The translations under genes and the position numbers were made by a program. Below, piece by piece: positions 23,569-35,557 of a DNA stretch of 64,000 nt. The notes below the pieces were generated by a model, which did not search any database, was not told the origin of the DNA, and saw nothing but the letters and a program-made list of their open reading frames with translations. Numbering within the stretch: the stretch's first letter is position 1; each line of letters starts with the position of its first letter. This DNA comes from Marsupella aquatica (lineage: Eukaryota > Plantae > Marchantiophyta), in the NCBI GenBank assembly GCA_973895155.1, contig OZ316896.1:15038684-15102683 (forward strand), in the 5' to 3' direction.

Positions 23569-26500
23569 ATGGAGTCTAGAAGAGTGTCCGTAGGTCACCC
23601 TCCCCCTTGGACCCATCCAACATCTGCCCGGTTGCCTCTACATCATCCAATGAGGGTTTCCCAACACGACCAGAAGCTCTGGAATCGGGAATAGGCCAAA
23701 GTGGCACGATCAGGTCCGAGTTCACGAATGAGATGTCCTTGCACTCAATGCAATGGCTCCCACACCAGAGTCTTGAGGCAGATTCATGGGCACTTGGCAA
23801 TTCATGGGAGACACCCTCGTTGGCGTGTTACAAACGATCCGAATGAGGCTGATTCTTCAAATGAGGAATGGAGGGCTGACTTTGAGAATGCAAATAGTGC
23901 AAGGCGAGACCAGTTCTTCACTGGTGGGTTGGCAAATGTGATGACTCAATTGGGTGGGTCCGAAGTCCTTCAGCAGCCTACATACGAAGGGATCAATGTT
24001 CAGCAAATGGTGCAGGATATTTTCCAGGACATGGAAGATGCAGAAGAGTTTGAGACCGCATTGGGTGATGACCACGAGTCTTCAGATGAGTTTGAGATTG
24101 GGCAACAGGCTACAGCTGGAGAGGACACCATGTTTGGCTCCCCAACCGAAGTTCAGGAGGCCTTCAATCCGCTGTTCCCAAGAAGCAATTGTTCCAAATT
24201 AGCATTTGTGCTAATGTTTCTGAATATTTGTGGGAACCACAATGTGCCAAACATCTTTGTGTCCGAGGTTCTGGCCTTCTTGCAGAAAATAGTGCTACCA
24301 AGAGGTAATCTAGTGCCAAAAAACACGTACGAGGCAAAGAGACTGATATCAAAACTTGGGCTGAACTATGAGTCAATACATGTCTGTCCTTATGGGCATG
24401 TTCTTTTCAGAAGTGAACATTAGAAGAAGTTGACATGCCCTACATGTGGGAAGCAAGGTACCGGAACAATGGGAAGTCCAAGCAACCTGCAAAAGTACTC
24501 CGTCACTTTCCTATAATTCCCAGACTGCAGCGAATGTTCAGGAGCCGTGCCATATCAGAGTTGATGACATGGACAGCTAAGAACAAAAGTCGAGATGGGC
24601 TACAACGCCATGCTGGAGATTCAAAGCAATGGAAGTTGATTGATGATGTGTATCCTGAGTTTGCTAGGGAGACAAGGAATGTTAGGCTTGGGTTATCATT
24701 GGATGGGGTGAACCCATTTGGCGAGAAGAACAATGCGTACTCTTGTTGGCCTGTAACCCTTTTGAATTACAACCTTCCCCCATGGTTGACTACAAAGCGG
24801 TTCTTTGTAATGTTGGCATTGTTGATTCCAGGGCCAGACAGTGTTGTTGCAGCCAATATAGATGTGTATCTTGCTCCTCTAGTAGAGGAACTGAGAAAGC
24901 TATGGTACACTGGAGTGCTCACATATGATATGCTGCAGAGGATTGGTGAAGCCAATCCATTCTTGCTTAGAGCTATTGTAATGTTGACTATTGTAGATTA
25001 CCCTGCCCATAGCATGATTGCAGGCCAGGCTAGGAAAGATATTTAGCTTGCACAAGATGTGGCCCCCATGTGACAAGTGACTATTCAAAGTCCTTGAAGT
25101 GTATCAAATACCTTGGTCACCGTCGATTTCGGCCCTCTGATCACCCTTACAGACGTAGACCCAATCCTATAGCACATTTTAACAAGCGCACGGAGCTCCG
25201 CAGTCCCCCACCTCGAGTGAAGAAGGAGCAAATAAGTTCTTGGGGGGCTGCCAAGGCACAGTATGATGTAGATGGAGGAGCAGAGGATGGAGTACAAGAT
25301 CCTGCAAGGTTGTATGGTGTGAAACGACAGTCCATTTTGGACTTGCAGCTGGAGTACTGGTGAGTAAGCTCCTCTCCCCAACAACCCATATATGTGATTC
25401 AGTCAATTTAGTTGTTAGATTGTATGAAGTAGTATGTATGTATTATGAAGATTGAGATTTGCTCACTGCTTGATGTTTTGGAGTTGCAGGAGTTTGATCC
25501 AAACAAACATAATATTGATGTTATGCACATAGAGAAGAACATATGCGAGAGTCTACTCCGATTTTTGAGTGGAGAAAAGGACATGGGCTCTGTACGTATG
25601 GATCTACAAGACAGGGGAATTCGACCCCACCTTTGGCTTACAACACACCAGAGCAGGGCAAATGTGTTTTTGAAGTACCAAGCACCATATTGTTGCACAG
25701 ACACAGAGTGGCAGACCTTCTTATCAAGGCTGAGTTCACTCCAAGCTCCTACAAATTATGCTAGTGCATTCAAGAGGCATGTGAAGGATAACAAATTCCA
25801 ATTTGGTAGTATGAAAACCCATGACTACCATGTCATGATGCAACAAGTCCTGCCATTGTGCCTGAGGGGCCTCATGCAAGAGCCTGTGCGTAAAGTTATA
25901 CTGCGTCTGAGTGATGTGTTCCGCAGAGTTTGTGTGAAGGTGTGGGATGTTGCACAGTTTCCCCAATTGAAGAAAGATGTGGCACTATTGTTGTGTGATC
26001 TTGAAATATATTTCCCGCCTGCATTCTTTGATGTAATGACTCATCTGCTCATCCATGTCGTGGAAGAAATAGACCAGTACGGGCCGGTGACAGCACGCTG
26101 GTTGTACCCCCTGGAGCGGTACATGAAGTTGATGAAGGGTCATGTGCGATCTTACTATAGGCCAGAGGCAAGTATGGCTCGGGGTTATATAAAAGATGAA
26201 ACTCTGGGCTACATCATAGAGTACCTAGCAGATTACGAGCATGTGACAAGGCGAGTATGGAATTTTGATGAAGAAGAAGGGGTGTTTGGGGAAGTCCTAC
26301 AAGGTGCTGCAACCACAATGAAGCTGACCATCGAAATTAGAGACTTGGCTCATCAGTACATTCTAGAAAACACTGATGCAATGCAACCCTGGCTGGAGTG
26401 AGTACCTACTTTGGTCTCCCTGTATGTAACTTGTTTTCAATTTTCTTTGCTACCCTTGGTTTCTAAATTGCAGACATGTATAAAATGTGTACTCTGATTG

Positions 26501-27434
26501 CTAAATCCATGCACTTGTATGTGTAGAGAGTACGAGGCACAAAAGGCTATTCAATCAAGCACGTCTGCCACATTCCCATGCATGTCAGAATGGCTGAGAT
26601 GCACAGTTCGAGAGCATCATGCAAGCCATCCTAATATGGATGCAGATGTTTATCTCCTGTCCAATCCTCCACGGTTGCTGGTAAAGTCTTACAAACAGAT
26701 GGCAGCATATGGCAATCACTATAGAGTGAGAGATGAAACAACTTCTTCCAGGGTAACATATGATTGCGGGCTCATTTGTGTATTTCAGCATGAGAGCCCT
26801 GATGAAAGTAGAGGAGTGTTGCAGATGGGGTATGTAGGAGAACTAAGTGATATCTGGCTTCTTGACTATGGAGCCACATCCACTCCTGCAATTTTGATGA
26901 AGGGTGAATGGGTAAGACAAGTGTGGCGTGGTAACAGGGCCAGTATGAAAAGAGACCGAGATGGCTTTCTGCTTGCCAATTTCAAGTCCAAGTTGCCCAA
27001 ATGGGAGCAGCCTTTTGTGTATCCCAGTCAGGTGGAGCAGGCCTTCTTCTTGGATGTGGAAGAGAACCTTAGGTTGGAGGGTAGTGTGTCATAAGCAGCC
27101 CAGAAATCGTAGGGTAGAAGGGTCAAAGCTAGAGTTCCATTTAGATAGACATAGTGCATTTGAACAACCACATACTGGAGACGTTGGTACTGTTCAGACA
27201 AGCACAAAGTATGTTCCTCTAACACGGGTGGATGCTTGGGAGGGTGAGGAGCCATTTGTAGAGGCTGAGCCTGACACCATGCGTATGCAATAATGTTTGT
27301 CATTGAATAGGATGGAAGAAGATGATGATGAGATGAGTGAGTCTGAAAAGCAAGCCATGATACGTGCAGCATATGTTGATGAGAGGCTGGCAACTTTGGG
27401 AGCTGAGCTCAGACAGGGATTTTTCGCTTTGTAA
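23569..27434 (+). pseudogene. CACTA TnpD/Tnp2 transposase pseudogene (Transposase-associated, Transposase_21, DUF4218, DUF4216 regions)
   Basis: Motifs RMRCPCTQC, LGLNYESIHVCPYGHVLF, KVLRHFPIIPRLQRMF, RNVRLGLSLDGVNPF, YNLPPW, IDVMHIEKNICESL, MKTHDYHVMMQQVLP, FPPAFFDVMTHL, RWLYPLERYM and EQPFVYPSQVEQAFF. Introns at ~25360-25489 and ~26398-26527. In-frame stops at 23692, 24421 and 27291; frameshifts at ~24450, ~25040 and ~27070. Confidence 0.95.
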
Positions 27435-28052
27435 GGGAACAATTATCATCCACAGAACCTATCCAGACTTTGCTCATTAATTGGAATGAATGTAGCTATG
27501 TTTACTAGAGTTGTTCAATGGATGTTGCTTTTGGATGGCATGCAAGCTCCCAGACAGGAGAAGTGTAGTGCAGAAAAGGGCTAGGCAAAGCATCAGTGAC
27601 AGTGCAAGTGGACCTCGGCGACGCAGTGAGAGACTAGCAGTGAAGGACATTCCATCGATGGCAGATGTAAGTAGTGGGTAATTCCAAAAGCATGAAGAAA
27701 CTGAAAATTTTTAAATTTTTTACGGTGTTTAGACTGCAATTATTGCTAACTGTAACTAAAACAGCATTCAAAGTTACTAAGTTCCTAAGTTACGAGTAAA
27801 CTCAGTTTACGAGTTTACTAGTTCACTGCTTTACGAGTTACACCTTAAGATTTGGCGACTCTGTGATCGTGACATCTTACAACTAGTTCAACGGGACTCC
27901 ACAACGGATGAAGAGCTCACCTTGAAAGGGAAGGAATGCAAGACATAGGCGCTCATTACTGACTTCTCTTCCACCTTACCTCTCAAACTCTGCCCAGCTT
28001 CAACCGGTATTTCAGAGATGTCAAATGGAGACTTCGACCCTTCTATTCCAGG

Positions 28053-28328
28053 ATGATGAATAGTGATGAGTTTCTGCATCACTATCCCCAAGTATATGCT
28101 GCCACCTGCAACAACTATGATGTACTAGGGATATACAGAGAAGCTCTTCGTATAAATTCCTGTTATTTGATGAAGCGAATGCCTTTGATGTATCCTGAGA
28201 GACAACTAAGGTGCCTACCCTACTCTCGAGGATCACCACGTCAGACTGAGCTGATGGAGGTAACACAGAATCGGACTGTCACCTACGTGGAGCTGCTCGA
28301 ACCCGATGATATTCGACAACAAGCTTGA
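28053..28328 (+). other. Short unassigned ORF between the TnpD and TnpA genes
   Basis: A 91-aa ATG-initiated ORF with coding-like composition, on the same strand as the transposon genes and flanked by short AT-rich repeats. No recognisable domain. Confidence 0.3.
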
Positions 28329-29537
28329 AGGAGACTATCTTTTTAGCTAGTATTGAAAAGTATAGTACTTTTACCAATTTTTCTAAATGTGTTGTAGAGC
28401 TTTAAAAGCTATGAGACTTCTTTAGGCTGTAGTCTGTACCTAGGAAACCCTGCTGGAAAAATTTCAGAGTTTTCCGAACCAGGAGTAGAAAGTTAAAAAT
28501 AGTTGAATCTACTCAATTTTTAGTATACCGAAATTAAGAGTTTAAGAGTTTAAGTTTTTACGTTTTTAAGATTTTAAGTTTTTACGTTTTTAAGAGTTTA
28601 AGTTTTTAAGAGTTTAAGAGTTCATACTTAGCCATTTTTTCCGGCTTTCCACTTATTGAATCGTCGTTTTGACTTTTTGAGGGTTATGAAGAGGCATGTC
28701 TCTTCGACCCTGTGACCTCTTATTCTGTAGTTCATCACTATTTATACCTCTTCCCCTAGTGTAGAGAGATGGTTAAGTTTTGCAGTTTTGCCTCTCCCTT
28801 GTGTTAAACTAGTTGATCATGAATCTATGAGTTCGAGATCAGGTTTAACATTTGGAGAGACTTACCTCCTTCTTGTATTTTGGAACCCAAATACTTGAAG
28901 TAAAACCTCAGTTATGAATCTCGTGAATTATAATGTCAGATTCCGCTTTGGTGACACATTGTAATCTCACAAGTTCTTAGAGTTAACTCATTGAGTTTAA
29001 GTTGCATTGGAAATGATGTTTTCACCTTCATGTTGCTTAGTACCATCTAAATGCTGAAGTATTTATCCTTTTAGATCTTGACTAAGTATCACTTAGGAAG
29101 AAAGGTCAAGACATGTTGCCGGCATTTTAAAAGGATACTCTAGTATGCAGTTTAGATCTGAAAAGCTGTGTGGATTTGGATTCCCTTAAAGTCATTCCAT
29201 TATTACTTATGTCTAAGGAGTAACCTTGGTCTATTCCAGACTCCCTTAAGCATACTCTGAGAGATTTTTCCTTGTGTTTTGTTAATTGCAATCTTTTGCT
29301 TAATTGAAGGTTATCTGATGTTGAGTTATCATCAAAAACTACTCACCGCTGTGGAGCGATCTTCAAAGTACCTGATTAAAGTAGTCAAGATTGATTACTA
29401 TGTGTGACACAAGAGCTTAAAGCTTTGTTTTTAGTTTATTACATCAAACCAACCCCATCTTGTTCTTAAAGGGAACGAATACCGAGTTTGGAGATTTTAA
29501 AATGTGATTTTTGGTTCTCTATGACAAACTACAGCAG

Positions 29538-32500
29538 ATTCTGCAGATGATGGGCAAGATGTTGGGTCCAGTGAAAACCATAAGGAATTTGATGATGTAG
29601 AGTACTATCTAGAGGAGGAGCCCGATGCAGATGATGAAGAATATGGGCAGGGCAAGCATAATGTCGTGGAGCCCAGCAAAATTGTGGTAATGAAGTGTTG
29701 AAGTAGTGTATCACAGTAGTGATATGTTTGGTTCATGTGAGTGTGGCAAGTCAGAGGAAGATACTTCTTTTAGGTTTATTGTCCTTGCACATATGTTCTT
29801 GCAGGCTAAGAGAGGTGGACTTGCTGCTCGGGGTATGGGCCATGGGCACAGTACAACAACATCTGGAGGGCGAAGCACAGTGCATTACATTGCACATGGG
29901 TCCAGACCAGTGGGGCGTGCTGGGCACATACCACCTCCACCTCCAGGTAAAACCCAACAGAGCAGTGGATATGGAACAACAACTGTTGGTGTAGGTGGTC
30001 ACACTATTGTGTATGGAGCTGCACCACATGGTGGGCACATCCCACCCTCCTTTGCAAGTAGAGCAACAACACATACCCACAGCACAGGTGCAGGTCAGGT
30101 TAGAGCAACCCCACGCAGCAAGGGGTACACTGTGGTGTATGGCGCACCACCAACACACAGTGCACCCTCTCAGGGGAGAGCAGCCCCACAAGTGGATGGG
30201 TATGGGCCACCACCACCTGTTGGGCACACTGTTGTGTATGTTACGGGTTCACCACCACCACACATTACACGGGGCCAAGGTAGACCAACACAACATACTG
30301 AGCAGTATGGATCAATAGGAGATGATTGGAGATATGAGTAGGGATTGCCCTTCAATTCTGGCATTTATGTAAATTACTTTGGAAATATATAAAGGGTATG
30401 CTAGTGTGATGTTAAAGACCTAATTAAAATGCTGAATTATGTGACTGCAGATTCTGTCCATCCTGATTGGGGAGTAATTGACAAGGAGGTTTACTATGAA
30501 CCTGAAGTAGAGGCAGGACAAGGGACAACTGTAGCCTATGGTTCTGAGCAATGGCCAGAGCCTGATTGGTTGGCTGGTGGGGAAGATGTACAGGTAGTTG
30601 AGCCTGCCTCTTATCCACAGAGTGTCGGCAAAGCATCTGGTAAGTTACACTTATGAAAAAATAAACAATACTTGGCTGGGAGATGGGCATTCTGTGAAGA
30701 TGGTCACATTGCAAGTTAGATTGCAATTGGTATCCACTATTTGACATATACAAAGGTATTGATGTTACTATTATATGCTGTCACATGGATGTGGGATGAT
30801 GTAGGGGGCATTAGAAGTCCACTAAAGGGTAGTACAAAAGTTCCAGCGAATCCTAAACCTGTCACACCAAGTAGTACCACAGAAAGCAATGCATGACCTG
30901 ACAGAACCAAGAAAGGAGTAGTGGACATTGGGAGCAACGTTGGGTGAACAGTGCATCTGCAGGGAAGAATCGTTGGTTGGCTGACTTGAAAGGTGAAATA
31001 TTGCGATGGCTGGATTTGAGTGTGGTGAATTTTGTGCAGCAGCATCCAGTGGATTGGCAACAAGTTGTTGACAATGTAGCCGCAAAATGGAAATATGTGG
31101 GCCATCCGGATGGAGTAGCCATGGAGTGTCTTCAGGCTCATGCAAAGACAATTCTGAAGAATGAGAGGTGGAGATTGCACGTGTTGTTTCAAGAAGGTGG
31201 AGAGGACCAAAGAATGCCTGCTCCCCCATTGACAGATCCTCTTCAATGGAGCAAGCTAGTCCATCACTTCTTGAGTGAATCCGGCAAGAGTAAGAGTTCC
31301 CAGATGGCATATGCACGTGGCAACGTTCAGAACCTTAACTTGACAGGATGGAAAGGGAATGCTCCGATAGTAGAGCAGTTGGTAAGAATAATCGTTGGAT
31401 TGGCAGACCTAGCTTCTACAGTGTATTTGAGTTTTTTTGTGTCCGAGCAAATAATGTGTGAAAATATGATGTATGCAGAAGGCACAAAATGGACAGTCCC
31501 CTACAAAAGAAGAGGTGAGAGCTTAAGCAAGAAAACAGAAGCAGAAATCTGGCCAGAGTGATCCTTCAAACCAAGTGAGTACTCATACCAGATAGTGTTC
31601 TTTGAGGTCCACATTCCCTAGTTTGCATGAAAAATGGGACCATATATTATTTACCAGGTGTAATGGATTGACTCTGTTGGACATATGTGTTTGCAGGGAG
31701 GTGGATCATGTTCTCTTAGCAATTTATCAGATCGTGTGAAATGTATGGAGTCTCATGAGAATGATGTGACCGTGAAATTGAGTGAAATGGCAAGTGAGTT
31801 GACTGCTTTAAAGGAAGATGTTCAGAAGCTTATTCGTGTGTAAGAAGACCAATACAAATGTATAATGAATGCAATATGGAATGGAGGTTCTAGAGACCTG
31901 CCACATTACTCCAATTTGATGAATCCAGAGGGTAACATTGAACAGCAAATGGAGGTGGAGCCCATAGAAAGGGATGTGGAGAGTACCATGGCCCCAGCAA
32001 TGGAAGGTAAGGTTTCTCATATGTTTCCATGATTGGAGATGAGGCAAAAAATGTGTTTTGTTATATGTTTCCATGATTGGAGATAATTCAAAAATGCTGA
32101 TAGGCTGTTGACTTGCTATTTTGTTATTGCAGAGGTTACCAATGTACTGAATACCCCCAGTTTGGATTCATATGAAGAGTTCATAGAAGTTGCCAAAGCC
32201 GGTGAGAATGGATGCGAAACGGAGGGCCAGGTGGAGACCCAAATTCCATCACAGGCAGGTGACATACAGGGTGTGACCACAGACGGTGGAGTAGAAGTAG
32301 AGCTTTCAGCTGCTGGGTGACCTATTCGGAAGGTGAAGAGTCGGGCCAAGGCAAGTGGTAGAGTGGTAGCGGCAAAGAAGCGTAAAGCTGATGCAGAATT
32401 GAAAACTCAGGCACATCCTGAGTATGTATTGTTCTCACCACAGCAAAATGAGTTGTGTGTAGGGTATGGAAAATTGCGCCTTGAGCAGATTACATTCCAT

Positions 32501-32683
32501 TGCAAAGAAGTACCAACAGGGTATTCTGTAGTGTTGTTGACAAAGCTTGTGAAGCCAAAGACCCCTTTACCAGTTCCTAATTTGAATGATGACCCGCCAC
32601 AAACAATTATTGCAGATGCTCTGAACTCTTTGGTGTTGTGGCCAACAGATTACATAGGGACACCTGAAATGTGTGGTTTGTAG
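29538..32683 (+). pseudogene. CACTA TnpA-like / ORF2 gene (Ptta/En/Spm Transposase_24-like and C-terminal Tnp1-like regions), multi-exon, disrupted
   Basis: PPLTDPLQWSKLVHHFLSESGKSKSSQMAYARGNVQNLNLTG resembles Transposase_24. The C-terminal FHCKEVPTGYSVVLL...TPLPVPN...IADALNSLVLWP resembles the Tnp1/En-Spm C-terminal domain. GT-AG introns (e.g. 29687-29803, 30640-30904, 31382-31478, 32007-32132) and several premature stops are present. The start exon is uncertain. Confidence 0.8.
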
Positions 32684-35557
32684 TTTTAGCCTAAACTTAG
32701 AAACAACTGCATGATTGGTGCCAAATGTTACCTAGATATTTCATAATGCAGAGTTGAATTGAGATTCACTGGATCATTCACTGGATCATCCACTGTTTGT
32801 ATGAAATTATGCATGTATGTTCAATAGTTAATATGAGTTCTAAGATTCGAATAGAACTATGTTGTCTCTCATGTTTTCATGTAAGACTTGTGTACTTGTA
32901 TGCTTGAGTGCTTGAATGTATGCTTGTATGCTTGAGTTGACTATTAGTCATGTTTCTAGTGCTATGTGCAGGCTGCAATTGCCTTAGGTCGAGTCAAAAT
33001 TTTGACCAAAAGGGTCAAAGAATGCAGTCGTGAACTAGACTAATGAGTCAATTTGGGTCATTAAGATATGACCGTGATATATTACATCATGGTCCCCAAT
33101 AAGACCAACCAGTCTAGCCCAATCTTAAGATTTTTCAGAATGATTAGTCATCTGTAGTCATCATCTGTCACTAATGTGCCCATACACTCTAAACTTTTAA
33201 GACCAACTAGTCATAATCAGTCGCCTGTGTTCCATTATTGAACCATAGCACCAGTCATATATGCGAAAGGCAACTCTTCCTCACTGACTGTTTGTGACTA
33301 ATTCATACCTCATTTTGAGTCATACAAATGACTACTTTGCAGTCATTTGTAAGACTACACCTTCTCCAAATCCCAAAATGCCCAAGTACGGATTTGGTCG
33401 TTATTGGTCACAAAATGTGTCTTAAACCCTAGTCACATAGCTGACCACTCGATTTCAATCACTTTAAATAAGACGCTATGTCAAAATTACGACTGGCTTG
33501 ATACCCCCCAAACTTTAGTCACAAGGAGTCATGGGCAGTCATAAAACTTAGTCATAAAACACCCCGGTTTCTACTAGTGTTGGCAGATTGGGATTTATGT
33601 AAATGTGGTCCATGGGGCCTTCAAATTCCAGAATATGACTGGTCCAGGAGTTTTCAGGATATAAAGAGAGGATGAATGAGGGGTTTGCCCCCATCCGCAT
33701 AGACTATGTCAAGTCATTAGCCAACTGGAAGAAAAAATGACTGTAAAACCAGGATGACCTGTCATGGACTTTGTAAAGTTTACATGGAGTAATAGTTTAC
33801 AAATGTATGTACCACACTGTCCAAGATGCTTAGAATATTCGTACATCTTAGTAATAAATCAGGTTGAGAAGCCAGAGTTGGGGTCTAGGCTTGTATATTG
33901 AATATATTGAAGCCTCTAGACGGTGACTAGGGCCCCATCCAATTTTAAATGGATGGAAAGAATCATGGGATGTTATGTATGTCAAACTGATAAATAAATC
34001 ATGCATGATGTTTTTTGTCATCATTCCTATTAACATTCAAAGAATGGGCATTCAGGCTTGTGGTGGTAAAATTCTTTGGAGTTTTCAAAAGGACACAAAA
34101 TTTATTATGTCCCACAAATTTTAATAACTATTTATTTTTGGCATAAAACCCAGATGACACTACGATACTTGTGCGGTACATTTCTACTGTACTTACTACA
34201 TATGGAGTAGTCGTTTATAAAGAATGTGCGTACCTTAATGCCGTGTGAATTCCCTCGAACTGGGTTAATTACTAAATTTTCACCATTTTAGTGGAATATT
34301 TAGACTTCTCATTTTTTTAGATTAATTACTACAATGCCACCTTTCTTTGTCACTGGTTAGGTCACTCAAACCATGCTTAGCCACAAGAGATCTTAGGGTC
34401 CTGAGATTGTCACATTGAACAAACCTCTTGGGGAACCTCCTTCTTTCTTTGCTCTACTTCCTTCACTCCCTCAGGCTGTGTTCTGTACCATCTTTCCATG
34501 ATCTAACCACGTGGGGATCTAAACTGCCACTATCCCCAGACCTGTGGCAAGACAAAATAGTGCACTTTTTATTATGTTAAGGACATTATTGCTAATTATG
34601 TCTATCTTGATGGGCCAGGTTTTGCTTCAGTGACAGTGGGGGTTTAACTAAACACTAAAATTAACCTCAGCTAACTTCAGTACAAATAATTTGGGCCAAC
34701 TTCAGAGGTAATTAAGATTGTAACAAAAATTGAAGCTGGCCAGCAGCATGAGAGTGAGTGGAGGACTGGAGGGGGCATTGGTACAACAATGTCATCCATC
34801 TTGATGTTTACCAACGTCCCATATGATCAGGCATTCTGGGGTACTATATGATCAGGCATTCCTCAGCTCCATCATCCCCAATTTTGTTTATGAAATCGTC
34901 CTGTTTTACCAGGACAAATGTTCAAAAGGTCACCATGCAATACTTTCAACATCTTAATAGAAATGAATGAAACTGGGTGTACTAAATGTAACATTGTCCC
35001 CCACGAAGACCTGGTCATATTTCGACCAAACTATTGCAACATGTATAATGGTGTCCTGTTCAGATCGAGTTGGTTGTGCAGACCAGACAACCATTAGTAT
35101 CTCCAATAGCATGAGACCTGGTAAGATGTTGACCAAAAAACGACCATACGAGTTTGTTGTATAGTATAGACTTTGGATCTTGGCTTGTTTTCCTTTAGTT
35201 TGTTTGTTTTCCCTTGAATTGGGTTGTTGCAATACATACATCGCATCTTCCATTTCTTGAAACCAAAATCTTCTCGTTTCCACAATTCGCAATGACATGA
35301 AACAATTTGAGCATACACTTATCTCATGGTCCATTCTCAATGTCGTAAATGGAATTCATCTGGGATTGCAAGTGATCAAGACAGACCAGATATCATTTGG
35401 AGAAGTTCAACTATCGACTCGTGGACAAAACAATCTATGATGATCTCTAAGTTTAAACTGCATTTCCATGATTGGGACGACAATCAATAACTTACACGAA
35501 ATTTCATTTTCAGGGACAAAGTGGGCCACAGGGCCAACAATGTGCAAAGGACGATTG

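Larger units (their letters stand above)
22250..33579 (+). mobile_element. CACTA (En/Spm) DNA transposon, decayed; right end intact, left end not resolved
   Basis: The right terminus ...CCCCGGTTTCTACTAGTG ends at 33579 (reverse complement CACTAGTAGAAACCGGGG). About 600 bp of subterminal TGAC/AGTC motifs lie at 32940-33560, and TnpD- and TnpA-like genes lie inside. No matching left TIR was found, so the start coordinate is approximate. Confidence 0.9.

Noticed and set aside
34954-35340. 128-aa minus-strand ORF downstream of the RING gene
   Set aside because: No recognisable motif; most likely 3' UTR or intergenic sequence.
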